In this document: piece by piece, positions 16,542-24,686 of the stretch
Numbering within the stretch: position 1 is the stretch's first letter
Layout of the letters: each line of letters starts with the position of its first letter
Assembly (NCBI RefSeq): GCF_016127575.1
Contig: NZ_CP066018.1
Coordinates: 3,600,001-3,632,000 of the forward strand
Source: Cupriavidus necator
Lineage (GTDB): Bacteria > Pseudomonadota > Gammaproteobacteria > Burkholderiales > Burkholderiaceae
DNA: 32,000 bases
Reading direction: 5' to 3'
Translations under genes and position numbers: made by a program
The notes under the pieces: model-generated
Told to the model about the DNA's origin: nothing
The model's input: the letters and a program-made list of their open reading frames with translations, nothing else
Database searches by the model: none

Positions 16542-17624
16542 ATGGTTCCTTTCGCCTACCAGACCCGTCCGCAACGTGTCGTCTTCGGCCCCGGCAGCCT
16601 GGCGCGGCTTGGCGAGGAAGCCGATGCCCTCGGCGCGCGCAGCGCGCTGGTGCTGTGCACGCCCGGCCAGCGCAAGCTTGCCGAACGCGCGGTGGCGGTG
16701 CTGGGCACGCGCAGCGCCGGGATTTTCGACGGCGCCGTGATGCACGTGCCGATCGAGCAAGCGCGCCTGGCGCACGAGCACGCCGCGCGGCTTGGTGCCG
16801 ACTGCGCTGTCGCCATTGGCGGCGGCTCGACCATCGGGCTGGCAAAGGCCATCGCACTGGAGTCGGAACTGCCGGTCATCGCTGTGCCGACGACCTACGC
16901 CGGGTCGGAAATGACGCCGATCTATGGTCTGACCGATGCCGGCCTGAAGCGCACGGGGCGCGACCCGCGCGTGCTGCCACGAACCATCCTCTACGATCCG
17001 GACCTCTCGCTGGGCCTGCCCGTCCCGATCAGCGTGACCAGTGGTATGAATGCCATCGCCCATGCGGCGGAGGGGCTCTATGCCTCCGACCGCAACCCGG
17101 TGAGCCAGTGGATGTCACGCGAAGGCATTGCAGCGTTCGGCCGGGCACTGCCGGTCATTGCCGCAGCGGAGCAGCACACCGACGAGGCGCGGCGCGAAGC
17201 CCGCAGCGACGCGCTCTACGGCGCCTGGCTGTGCGGGGCCGTGCTCGGCAGCGTGACGGCCGGTCTGCATCACAAGCTTTGCCACACACTGGGCGGGACC
17301 TTCAACCTGCCGCACGCCGAGGTCCACACGGTGGTGCTCCCCCATGCGCTGGCGTACAACGCGCCTGCCGCGCCGGAGGCAATGGCCGCCATTGCACAGG
17401 CACTGGGTGCCGGGCACGGCAGCGGTCCGCTCGCCGTGTTCGAACTGGCGGCGAAGCTCGGTGCGCCCACGTCGCTGCGTGAACTGGGACTGTCGTCGGA
17501 AGACCTCGATCGCGCCTGCGAGCTGGCGCTGCGCGACCAGTATCCGAATCCGCGTCCGCTCGAACGCGAGGGGATCCGCCAGCTGCTGGAAGACGCATTC
17601 GCCGGAACAGCGCCGTCGGCCTGA
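16542..17624 (+). CDS. Maleylacetate reductase (iron-containing alcohol dehydrogenase family)
   Basis: 360 aa: FAYQTRPQRVVFGPGSL, AIGGGSTIGLAKAIA, PVIAVPTTYAGSEMTPIYG, GLHHKLCHTLGGTFNLPHAEVHTVVLPHALAYN. Confidence 0.85.
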   Translation: MVPFAYQTRPQRVVFGPGSLARLGEEADALGARSALVLCTPGQRKLAERAVAVLGTRSAGIFDGAVMHVPIEQARLAHEHAARLGADCAVAIGGGSTIGLAKAIALESELPVIAVPTTYAGSEMTPIYGLTDAGLKRTGRDPRVLPRTILYDPDLSLGLPVPISVTSGMNAIAHAAEGLYASDRNPVSQWMSREGIAAFGRALPVIAAAEQHTDEARREARSDALYGAWLCGAVLGSVTAGLHHKLCHTLGGTFNLPHAEVHTVVLPHALAYNAPAAPEAMAAIAQALGAGHGSGPLAVFELAAKLGAPTSLRELGLSSEDLDRACELALRDQYPNPRPLEREGIRQLLEDAFAGTAPSA

Positions 17625-17625
17625 A

Positions 17626-17646
17626 CGGCAGCGGCCGGGGCTGCCG
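17626..17646. terminator. Hairpin CGGCAGC-N7-GCTGCCG between convergent genes
   Basis: The 7-bp perfect stem starts 2 nt after the stop at 17624 and lies 39 nt before the convergent stop at 17685. Confidence 0.4.
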
Positions 17647-17684
17647 CATCGAACGGACAACACCGCCACGGTCGCCAGCCGTGC

Positions 17685-18890
17685 TCAGGCGTGCGCGATA
17701 CCCATGATCCGGTTGCCCATGCCAATGCCCCACGCCGTCATTCTCGCGCCCTCCGCCAGGCGGTCCTGCTGCCAGGCCGACAGCGCGGCGTCCAGATCCT
17801 GCCCACGCGCCTGCGCGACGGCAAGCGCGAGAGCCACGGCGTCGCCGGCCGCCTTTGCCGTGCTGCCCGCGGTGTGCGGCCGCGGCACAAAGGCCGCGTC
17901 GCCTGTCAGCACGACGCGGCCGAACCGCATGCCGGGCACCTGCAGGTCCTGGATCTTCTGGACGAAGATTTCCGTGGTGTTCTCGATCAACGCCTGGAAC
18001 GCAGGGTTTGCATGCGCGGCGCCCATCCGGCGAATCCAGCGCTCCTGCCCGGGCCCCAGCGAACCCGGAGGCACGGACTGGTTGCGCAACGTGCCGTTGC
18101 GGTCCGTCAGGACCTGCTCGAGCTTGGTGCCAGGCTCCGCCTTCAGGTACCACAGCCAGTTGAAGCGGCGGTGACCCGGCTCGGTCGAACCGTCGACCCC
18201 CGGCACCATGTACTGCAGCATCATCGAGCCAGGTTCGTGCTGGAACACGAAGTTCTCGTAGAGCAGCGGCCTGGCGCTATCGGGCAGGCGTTCCTCCTCG
18301 ACCAGTCCGCGCCAGACCACATAGCCGGCATAGGTCGGCGAGATACCCGGCAGCACGAGCGATCGGACCGTGGAGCCGGCCCCGTCGGCGCCGACCAGCA
18401 AGTCGCCTTGCGCCTGCCGGCCATCGGCAAACGTGGCATGCACGCCGAAGCCGTCCTGCCCGACGCCGGTCAGCCGCGCTCCGCGATGATAGTGCTCGGC
18501 CGGGAAGCTGCGCAGCAATGCCGCGTACAACGTGTTCCACGACGTCTGAGTCTGGGGCGAATGCTGCCGGTCGCGAACCGTGCCGCGGGAATCCAGGTAC
18601 AGCCGGTCGTGCGAGCGCACGCCAAGCGCGCCGCCCGGGACGACGCCGGCAAAGGCAAAGGCGCGTATCACCTCGGGCTGAAGCACGATCCCGCCACCGC
18701 GGCTGCTCAGCGCGGAGGGCGAACGCTCGAACACCTCCACATTCCAACCGACCGCGCGCAGCGCGGTTGCCGCGAACAAGCCGCCGAGCGAGCCGCCGAT
18801 GACGAGTGCCCTGGGCGGGCGCGCCAGTGCCGCCGGGTCCGGCGCGACAGATGCCGATGGTTCTGCATCAAGGGAAAGATTGCCTTCCAT
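17685..18890 (-). CDS. FAD-dependent aromatic-ring monooxygenase (group A flavoprotein hydroxylase, 2,6-dihydroxypyridine-hydroxylase-like)
   Basis: The start is at ATG 18890 (MEGNLSLD...) with GGAG 7 nt upstream. The motifs are ALVIGGSLGGLFAATALRAVGWNVEVFERS (GxGxxG), LLVGADGAGSTVR and LTGDAAFVPRPHTAGSTAKAAGDA. The track ORF extension to 19640 is antisense to the DsbA-like gene and is not coding. Confidence 0.85.
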   Translation of the reverse strand: MEGNLSLDAEPSASVAPDPAALARPPRALVIGGSLGGLFAATALRAVGWNVEVFERSPSALSSRGGGIVLQPEVIRAFAFAGVVPGGALGVRSHDRLYLDSRGTVRDRQHSPQTQTSWNTLYAALLRSFPAEHYHRGARLTGVGQDGFGVHATFADGRQAQGDLLVGADGAGSTVRSLVLPGISPTYAGYVVWRGLVEEERLPDSARPLLYENFVFQHEPGSMMLQYMVPGVDGSTEPGHRRFNWLWYLKAEPGTKLEQVLTDRNGTLRNQSVPPGSLGPGQERWIRRMGAAHANPAFQALIENTTEIFVQKIQDLQVPGMRFGRVVLTGDAAFVPRPHTAGSTAKAAGDAVALALAVAQARGQDLDAALSAWQQDRLAEGARMTAWGIGMGNRIMGIAHA

Positions 18891-19154
18891 GTCTGGCTCC
18901 AATATGCGGTCCGATGTGCGATCCGATGCAGCCATGGTAGAGGGCCGTGCGTGATCGCTGAATGGGACGGCAAAGCAAGAGCGCTTTGCGGCAACAGCAA
19001 CGACCGGCGGCGGCAGGCGGCGGCCCCGCCGCTGCAGCCGCGGCCTTGCGCGAGATGCAACGCTGGATTGCACGGATATGCCATTCATGCTGGCGGCGAT
19101 CGCGCCTAACCTTCCTGCATCCCCGACGCATCGCGTTGAACAAGGAGAAGCGAC

Positions 19155-19814
19155 ATGGAAAATCAAGCCACTCTTCACTATGTGTACGATCCCTACTGCG
19201 GCTGGTGCTACGGCCTGGCGCCGCTGATTTCGGTAGCCGAAGAGACCGAAGGACTGAAGGTCGTCGCGCATGGTGGCGGCATGCTGGCCGGCGAGCGCGC
19301 ACAGATGATGTCCGGGGAATGGCGCGAGTTCGTCCGGCCCCATGAAGCGCGCATTACCGCGCTCAGCGGACAGACGTTCGGCACGCCGTACCAGGAGGGC
19401 ACCCAGTTCAACTATGACGTAAAGCTGGATTCCGCGCCGCCCACGGCAGCGATGCTGGCTGCGGAATGGGTGGCCGATGCGGGTGTGCGCATGCTGAAAC
19501 GGCTCCAGACCGCGTACTATGTCGAGGGCCGGCACATTGCCGAGCGCGCCGAACTGGTCCACATCGCCGTCGAACTGGGCCTGGACGCACACGCGTTCTC
19601 GACAGCCTATGACCAGGCCCTGCGCGAGATCGGCATGCACTTCAGGAATACCCAGGCACTGCTCGACGCACTGGGCGGGCAGGGCTATCCGACCCTGGCG
19701 ATCGAACGGGACGGCATGCTATCGCGCATCCATCTGGGCCGGTATTTCGGCAAGCCGGAGCGTTTCCGCGAGGCACTGGCGGAGCTGATGGCACCACCCC
19801 AGCCCGTAGCGTGA
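19155..19814 (+). CDS. DsbA-family thioredoxin-fold protein (CGWC)
   Basis: 219 aa. AAGGAG lies upstream of the ATG. LHYVYDPYCGWCYG is a thioredoxin-like CxxC motif and YPTLAIERDG is a cis-Pro loop-like region. Confidence 0.8.
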   Translation: MENQATLHYVYDPYCGWCYGLAPLISVAEETEGLKVVAHGGGMLAGERAQMMSGEWREFVRPHEARITALSGQTFGTPYQEGTQFNYDVKLDSAPPTAAMLAAEWVADAGVRMLKRLQTAYYVEGRHIAERAELVHIAVELGLDAHAFSTAYDQALREIGMHFRNTQALLDALGGQGYPTLAIERDGMLSRIHLGRYFGKPERFREALAELMAPPQPVA

Positions 19815-19875
19815 CCGCACACGCATCAGCAGCGCGCCGGGCGGTGCATTCGCGGCGAGGACCGGCTGCCTGGCG

Positions 19876-20767
19876 TCAGTCCCGGCGGCGGGTCGGCCCG
19901 GGCAGCGCCGCCAGGAACTCCAGGAATGCGCCGATTCTGCGCGAACCGCGCTGGTTCGGAAGATACAGCGCGGAGATAGCGGAGCTTGCCTGGTTCGGAT
20001 TGACGGAACAGTCGTCGAACAAGGCCGTCAGCTGCCCGGCAGCGATGTCGTCGTCGACCAGCCAGTCGGGCAGCAGTCCGATCCCCCCGCCGGCCAGCGC
20101 GACTTCGCGCAGGATCTCCGCGTTGTTGCTGCGGAAGTGGCCGCTGACGGGTACCTTGGTCTCGCTGTCGCCGTGCCGGAAGGTCCACACCTGATCCCGC
20201 GCGCCATAGCTGAACCGAAGGCAGCGGTGATTGACGAGGTCGACCGGATCATCGGGACTGGCATTGCTTTGCAGGTAGGCCGGGCTGGCAACGACACGGC
20301 GGCGAAAGCGCCCGATTTCCCGCGCGACGACATTGTCATAGGATGCCGGGCTGCCCAGCCGCACGGAAAGGTCGATGCGCTGGCCCCAGCAAGTCGACGA
20401 TATCGTCGGTCAGCGTCACTTCGACCTCGAGCTGGGGATGCTTTGCCAGCCACCTACCCAGATAAGGCGCGATGCACCGCCGGCCGAATGCCACCGGCAA
20501 CGACACGCGCAGTTGCCCGACCGGCTCCTCGCCCCGATCCGCGATCAGCGCGTCGGCCTCCTCGACCGCGTCCAGGATCCTGCGGGCCCGCTGATAGTAG
20601 GCGGCGCCCGCCTCCGTGACGGTAATCAGCCGCGTGGAGCGGTTCAGCAGCACCGCCCCGAGCGAAGCCTCGAGCCCGTCCAGCGCGCGCGTGACCGACG
20701 ATGTGGCCAGGTTCAGGCGGCGCCCCGCGGCAGAAAAGCCCTTCGCATCCACGGTCTCCACGAACAT
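19876..20767 (-). pseudogene. LysR-family regulator with a frameshift near 20395, divergent from the Bug/MlrC-RidA operon
   Basis: The HTH part is MFVETVDAKGFSAAGRRLNLATSSVTRALDGLEASLG...TLTDDIVDLL (track 20336..21097 frame). The effector domain is ...GQRIDLSVRLGSPASYDNVVAREIG... (19876..20364 frame). The shift lies in the run ctggggcc. The N-terminus also looks short compared with typical LysR proteins. Confidence 0.8.
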
Positions 20768-20966
20768 CCCGTGTCGCCGGCGGGCTTGGCCGATGAGATG
20801 ACTGCTGCGGAGGGTGTGGTCCGCTTCAGCATCATCCCCCGTGCGCCATTGAGCGGATCTTCGTGCCCTCGGCAGAGTTTGACCCGGATGCTTGCACATT
20901 ACGCGGCACTTCCCGCTCAATGCAGTGCCCGGAAAGCCGCACGCACCTCGACGCTGAAAACTCCGC

Positions 20967-20983
20967 GTTGCCCACAGGGCAAC
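20967..20983. promoter_or_regulatory. Candidate LysR box GTTGCCC-ACA-GGGCAAC (contains T-N11-A)
   Basis: 7-bp perfect arms, about 110 bp upstream of Bug ATG 21092 and about 200 bp from the divergent LysR start. Confidence 0.35.
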
Positions 20984-21091
20984 GATCTCGTGTAAAGATT
21001 GCTGTTCCTCGAACGAATTTTTCAGCCAACAATCCGCCTCACAACCGGTTCTCGTAGATATGCGAGAAGGTCTAAGAAAGTAGAGGACGAC

Positions 21092-22105
21092 ATGCAATAC
21101 CGAGGACTACCCCCCGTCAAGCGCTGGATGGCGCTGAGTGCCGCCATCCTGGGGATGACACTGACCAGCGCACCAACGTCCGCCGCCGACGCCTTTCCCT
21201 CCAAGCCGATATCGATGCTGGTGGCATTCCCTCCGGGGGGGCCCGCCGATGTTCTGGCGCGGGCCATGCAGCCGGCGATGGCCAAGGCGCTCGGCCAGCC
21301 CGTGGTCATCGAGAATCTGCCCGGCGCCGGCGGTGCGCTGGCAGTGCAGCGGCTGCTCAGCCGTCCGGCCGACGGCTACACGCTGATCATGGGCTCGCCC
21401 AATGAGGCTATCCTGACGCCGCTGGCGCTCGCCAGCGCCAAGTACAAGTCGGAGGAACTGGCCCTGCTGGCGCCGGTCTCGAACCACCCGCTCGTCGTGA
21501 TGACGCGCAGCGACCTGCCATACAATTCGCTTGAACAGATCATCACGGCCAGCAAGTCGGCAGGTGGCAAGAGCCTGACCTTCGGCAATCCGGGCTACGG
21601 CACCATGTACCACATCGTCGCCGAATACATGGCTCAGCTGACCGGCGCCAAGATGCTGCAGGTGCCGTACAAGGGCGCCACGCCGATGCTGGCAGACCTG
21701 ACCGGTCGCCAGATTGACATGACGATTCTGCCAAACCTCGGTGCCTCCACGCAGTTGCTCGAAACGCACAAGATCAAGGCGGTCGCAGTGCTGGACACAC
21801 AGCGCATGCGAAACCTGCCCGATGTGCCTGCGATCTCCGAAACCAGCGTCGCGCGCAAATCCGAGTTCGTGTATTCGATCTGGCTGGGCGTCATGAGCAA
21901 GGCCGGCGTCCCGGCGGAGCGTGCCCGCGTATTGATGGATGCCTCGCAGCAAGCGCTGCGGTCGCCCGAACTGATCAAGGCGCTTGATCTCTCCGGCGTG
22001 CAGCCGATGAAGCCACAAACGCTCGAGGCCTCCGCGAAGTTCTACGTCGACGAGACCGAGAAATTCAGGAAGATGGCCGCCTCGATCAAGCTGACGCCGC
22101 AGTAA
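21092..22105 (+). CDS. Bug-family (TctC-like) periplasmic substrate-binding protein
   Basis: The start is at ATG 21092 (MQYRGLPPVKRWMALSAAILGMTLTSAPTSAADA) with GAGGA upstream. The motifs are FPSKPISMLVAFPPGGPADVLAR, ENLPGAGG and PYKGATPMLADLTGRQID. Confidence 0.9.
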   Translation: MQYRGLPPVKRWMALSAAILGMTLTSAPTSAADAFPSKPISMLVAFPPGGPADVLARAMQPAMAKALGQPVVIENLPGAGGALAVQRLLSRPADGYTLIMGSPNEAILTPLALASAKYKSEELALLAPVSNHPLVVMTRSDLPYNSLEQIITASKSAGGKSLTFGNPGYGTMYHIVAEYMAQLTGAKMLQVPYKGATPMLADLTGRQIDMTILPNLGASTQLLETHKIKAVAVLDTQRMRNLPDVPAISETSVARKSEFVYSIWLGVMSKAGVPAERARVLMDASQQALRSPELIKALDLSGVQPMKPQTLEASAKFYVDETEKFRKMAASIKLTPQ

Positions 22106-22189
22106 TACCCCCCTCCCGGCATTGGGGGCGCCCACGCTCGTGTCGCTGGCCCCGCCTCGTTCCAGCATCCCATTCCAGGAAGGTTCTCC

Positions 22190-24136
22190 TTGAATATCCT
22201 AGTTGCCGGTTTCCAGCACGAAACCAATACGTTCGCGCCAACCATGGCCACCTACGAGAGCTTCGTCCGTGGCGAGGACTTCCCCGCCATGGTGCGCGGC
22301 GAGGCGATCTACGACCTGCTGGACGTGAATGTGCCGATCAGCGGCTTCATCCACCACGTTCGCGAGCACGGCCACACCGTCACGCCGGTGATCTGGGCAG
22401 CAGCCGGTGCTTCGGCCCATGTCACGACCGATGCCTACGAGCGCATCGCCGGCGAGATCGTGGAGGCGGTGGCGACGGCCTCGTACGACACGATCTATCT
22501 CGACCTGCATGGCGCCATGGTGGCCCAGCACCTCGACGACGGCGAGGGCGAGTTGCTGGCGCGCATCCGTGCCGCGACCGGGCCGGACATGAAGATCGTG
22601 GTCTCGCTGGATCTGCATGCCAACGTCACCGAACGGATGCTCGCGCTGGCGGACGGGGTGGTGGCGTATCGCACCTATCCGCACGTGGACATGGCCGCCA
22701 CCGGCAAGCGGGCAGCCGAGATGCTGCTTGAATTGCGCAGGCGGGAGACGCGTGCGCACCTGGTGGCAAAACGCGTGCCGTTCCTGATACCGGTCAACAG
22801 CATGTCTACGATGATGCAGCCCGCTCAAGGCATCTACGGCCTGCTCGAAGAGCTGGAGCAACAAGGCGTGCTGTCGCTGTCGTTCACACCGGGCTTTCCC
22901 GCGGCCGACTTCGCCGAGTGCGGCCCCGTCGTTTGGGGGTATGGCTTTGATAAGGCCAGCGTCGAGCGGGCCGTCGAGGCACTGCTCGCGCGCATCTGTG
23001 AACCCGAGAGCCAGTGGGCCGTGCAGTTCGAGGAGCCTGATGCAGCGGTGCAACGTGCCATGCGGATCGCGCAAACAGCCACCCGGCCAGTGATCCTTGC
23101 GGACACGCAGGACAACCCGGGCGTCGGCGGCGATGGCAACACCATGGGCATGCTGCGTGCGCTTCTCAAGGCCGGCGCGCAGGACGCCGCGATCGGGATC
23201 ATCTGCGATCCAGCGGCGGCCGCGGCCGCGCACCAGGCTGGAGTTGGCGCGAGGATCGATATCGCGCTTGGCGGCTGCCCACAGGTGAGCGAGGATGCCC
23301 CGCTGCGGGCGACCTTCGAGGTGGAGGCACTGTCCGATGGCAAGTTCGTCTACGGCGGACCGATGATGCATGGCAAGGCTGCCGACATGGGACCAATGGC
23401 GCGGCTGCGGCTCGACGGCGTACTCATTGCCGTCAGCTCGACCAAGGCACAACTGCTCGACCGCAACATGTACCGCGCGGTCGGCATCGAACCGGCGGAA
23501 ATGAAGATTCTCGTGAACAAGAGCTCGGTGCATTTCCGCGCCGACTTCGCCCCGATCGCGGAAGACATTTTCGTGGTGCGTGCGCCCGGTCCGTTCATCG
23601 CCGATCCGGCGGACCTGCCATGGCAGCATCTCACGTCCGGCATGCGCCTGAAACCGAATGGTCCGGCGTTCGCGCCGGTGCCGCGAATCTACGACAAGCT
23701 TACGCAGCTCGGCATCGAACTGCCCAAGGCTTCGGGCCCGGCGGCGGCCTATGTGCCGAGCGTGCGGTCCGGCAAGCTGATCCACGTGTCCGGCCATCTC
23801 TCGCGCGTCGATGGCCAGGTTCGGACCGGCCGCTTTGGCGAGGACCTGCGCACCGCCGACGGTGTCGCGGCGGCCCGCCTGGTTGCCATCGACTTGCTCG
23901 CGACGCTGCACGCCGCCACCGGAGACCTCGATTCGATCGTGCGAATCGTCAAGCTCACCAGCCTCGTCCAGTCGACAGCGGACTTCACCGAGCAGCACTT
24001 CGTGACTAATGGTGCCAGCGCTCTGTTCGCCGAGGTGTTTGGCACGCGCGGCCAGCACGCGCGCAGCGCGTTCGGCGTATCGCAGTTGCCCCTCGGCGCC
24101 TGCCTGGAAATCGAACTGATCGTCGAGGTCGCCTGA
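22190..24136 (+). CDS. Fusion protein: MlrC-like M81-family metallopeptidase (DUF1485 plus MlrC_C, aa 1 to about 495) joined to a RidA/YjgF-family domain (aa about 500-648)
   Basis: A single 648-aa ORF starts at TTG 22190, with GGAAGG 8 nt upstream. The N-terminal part has NILVAGFQHETNTFAP, DLHANV, YRTYPHVDM and ADTQDNPGVGGDGNT. From 23687 it has IYDKLTQLGIELPKASGPAAAYVPSVRSGKLIHVSGH...HARSAFGVSQLPLGACLEIELIVEV, a complete RidA-type domain. Confidence 0.85.
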   Translation: MNILVAGFQHETNTFAPTMATYESFVRGEDFPAMVRGEAIYDLLDVNVPISGFIHHVREHGHTVTPVIWAAAGASAHVTTDAYERIAGEIVEAVATASYDTIYLDLHGAMVAQHLDDGEGELLARIRAATGPDMKIVVSLDLHANVTERMLALADGVVAYRTYPHVDMAATGKRAAEMLLELRRRETRAHLVAKRVPFLIPVNSMSTMMQPAQGIYGLLEELEQQGVLSLSFTPGFPAADFAECGPVVWGYGFDKASVERAVEALLARICEPESQWAVQFEEPDAAVQRAMRIAQTATRPVILADTQDNPGVGGDGNTMGMLRALLKAGAQDAAIGIICDPAAAAAAHQAGVGARIDIALGGCPQVSEDAPLRATFEVEALSDGKFVYGGPMMHGKAADMGPMARLRLDGVLIAVSSTKAQLLDRNMYRAVGIEPAEMKILVNKSSVHFRADFAPIAEDIFVVRAPGPFIADPADLPWQHLTSGMRLKPNGPAFAPVPRIYDKLTQLGIELPKASGPAAAYVPSVRSGKLIHVSGHLSRVDGQVRTGRFGEDLRTADGVAAARLVAIDLLATLHAATGDLDSIVRIVKLTSLVQSTADFTEQHFVTNGASALFAEVFGTRGQHARSAFGVSQLPLGACLEIELIVEVA

Positions 24137-24139
24137 TTC

Positions 24140-24660
24140 CGTGCACGGCCTGAATGGCGCCAGCAACGCATGTTCATCGGCACGACTGCCAGGTCGCCGG
24201 AAGCAAAATCGCAACCGTCTGCACGATGCCATGGCACGTCCGGATGATGCTTCTGCATCCACCAGTCGAACACATAGTGGAGGAACACGTTAGCCAGTAA
24301 TGCCACATGCGTAGGAAGCATACGGAATTTTGGGCGGGACGGCGCTAGCAGAAGGCTAGTCGCACCCTACTAGCCGCACGGCGGCGATTGTGGCGGACAT
24401 CGTCAGACGCCTGCCTGACGATGTCTCAGTTCAGCTAGGTCACCAATGCCCATGCGGTCAAGCGCCTCCAGCGGGCAAAAGAAGGTGACACGGATGGTCC
24501 CGGAAGCCGGCTGATATCGATCGATCCGGGATGGTGGCGCGGTTGGGCACCTCGTCGTAGAGGAGGCCGGTCCCATCGGCGGCGCGTTGCAGGCAATTCC
24601 TAGCTGCAGCGGTGAGGTCGACTCCGCTGCAGAGACGATGGAGACGCCACAACCACAAAA
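24140..24660 (-). pseudogene. Degraded retroelement (group II intron-type) reverse transcriptase remnant
   Basis: The minus frames give SGVDLTAAA..., ...IDRYQPASGTIRVTFFCPLEALDRMG (resembling RT domains 0-2) and LLANVFLHYVFDWWMQKHHPDVPWHRADG (RT domain 4 leading into a corrupted YADD). The pieces are in different frames with more than 100 codons missing between them. The remnant abuts the stop of the MlrC-RidA gene. Confidence 0.45.
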
Positions 24661-24686
24661 TGCGCGTCCCTCATCTAGCTCGCTCA

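Noticed and set aside
18891-19640. 250-codon N-terminal extension of the monooxygenase ORF (track 17685..19640)
   Set aside because: The extension is antisense to the well-supported DsbA-like gene and has no motifs. The internal ATG 18890 has a GGAG and is followed immediately by the GxGxxG FAD fold.
22199-24262. 687-aa ORF on the minus strand
   Set aside because: It is antisense to the MlrC::RidA gene and has a shadow-ORF composition. Only its first few dozen codons (24140-24262) overlap the RT remnant.
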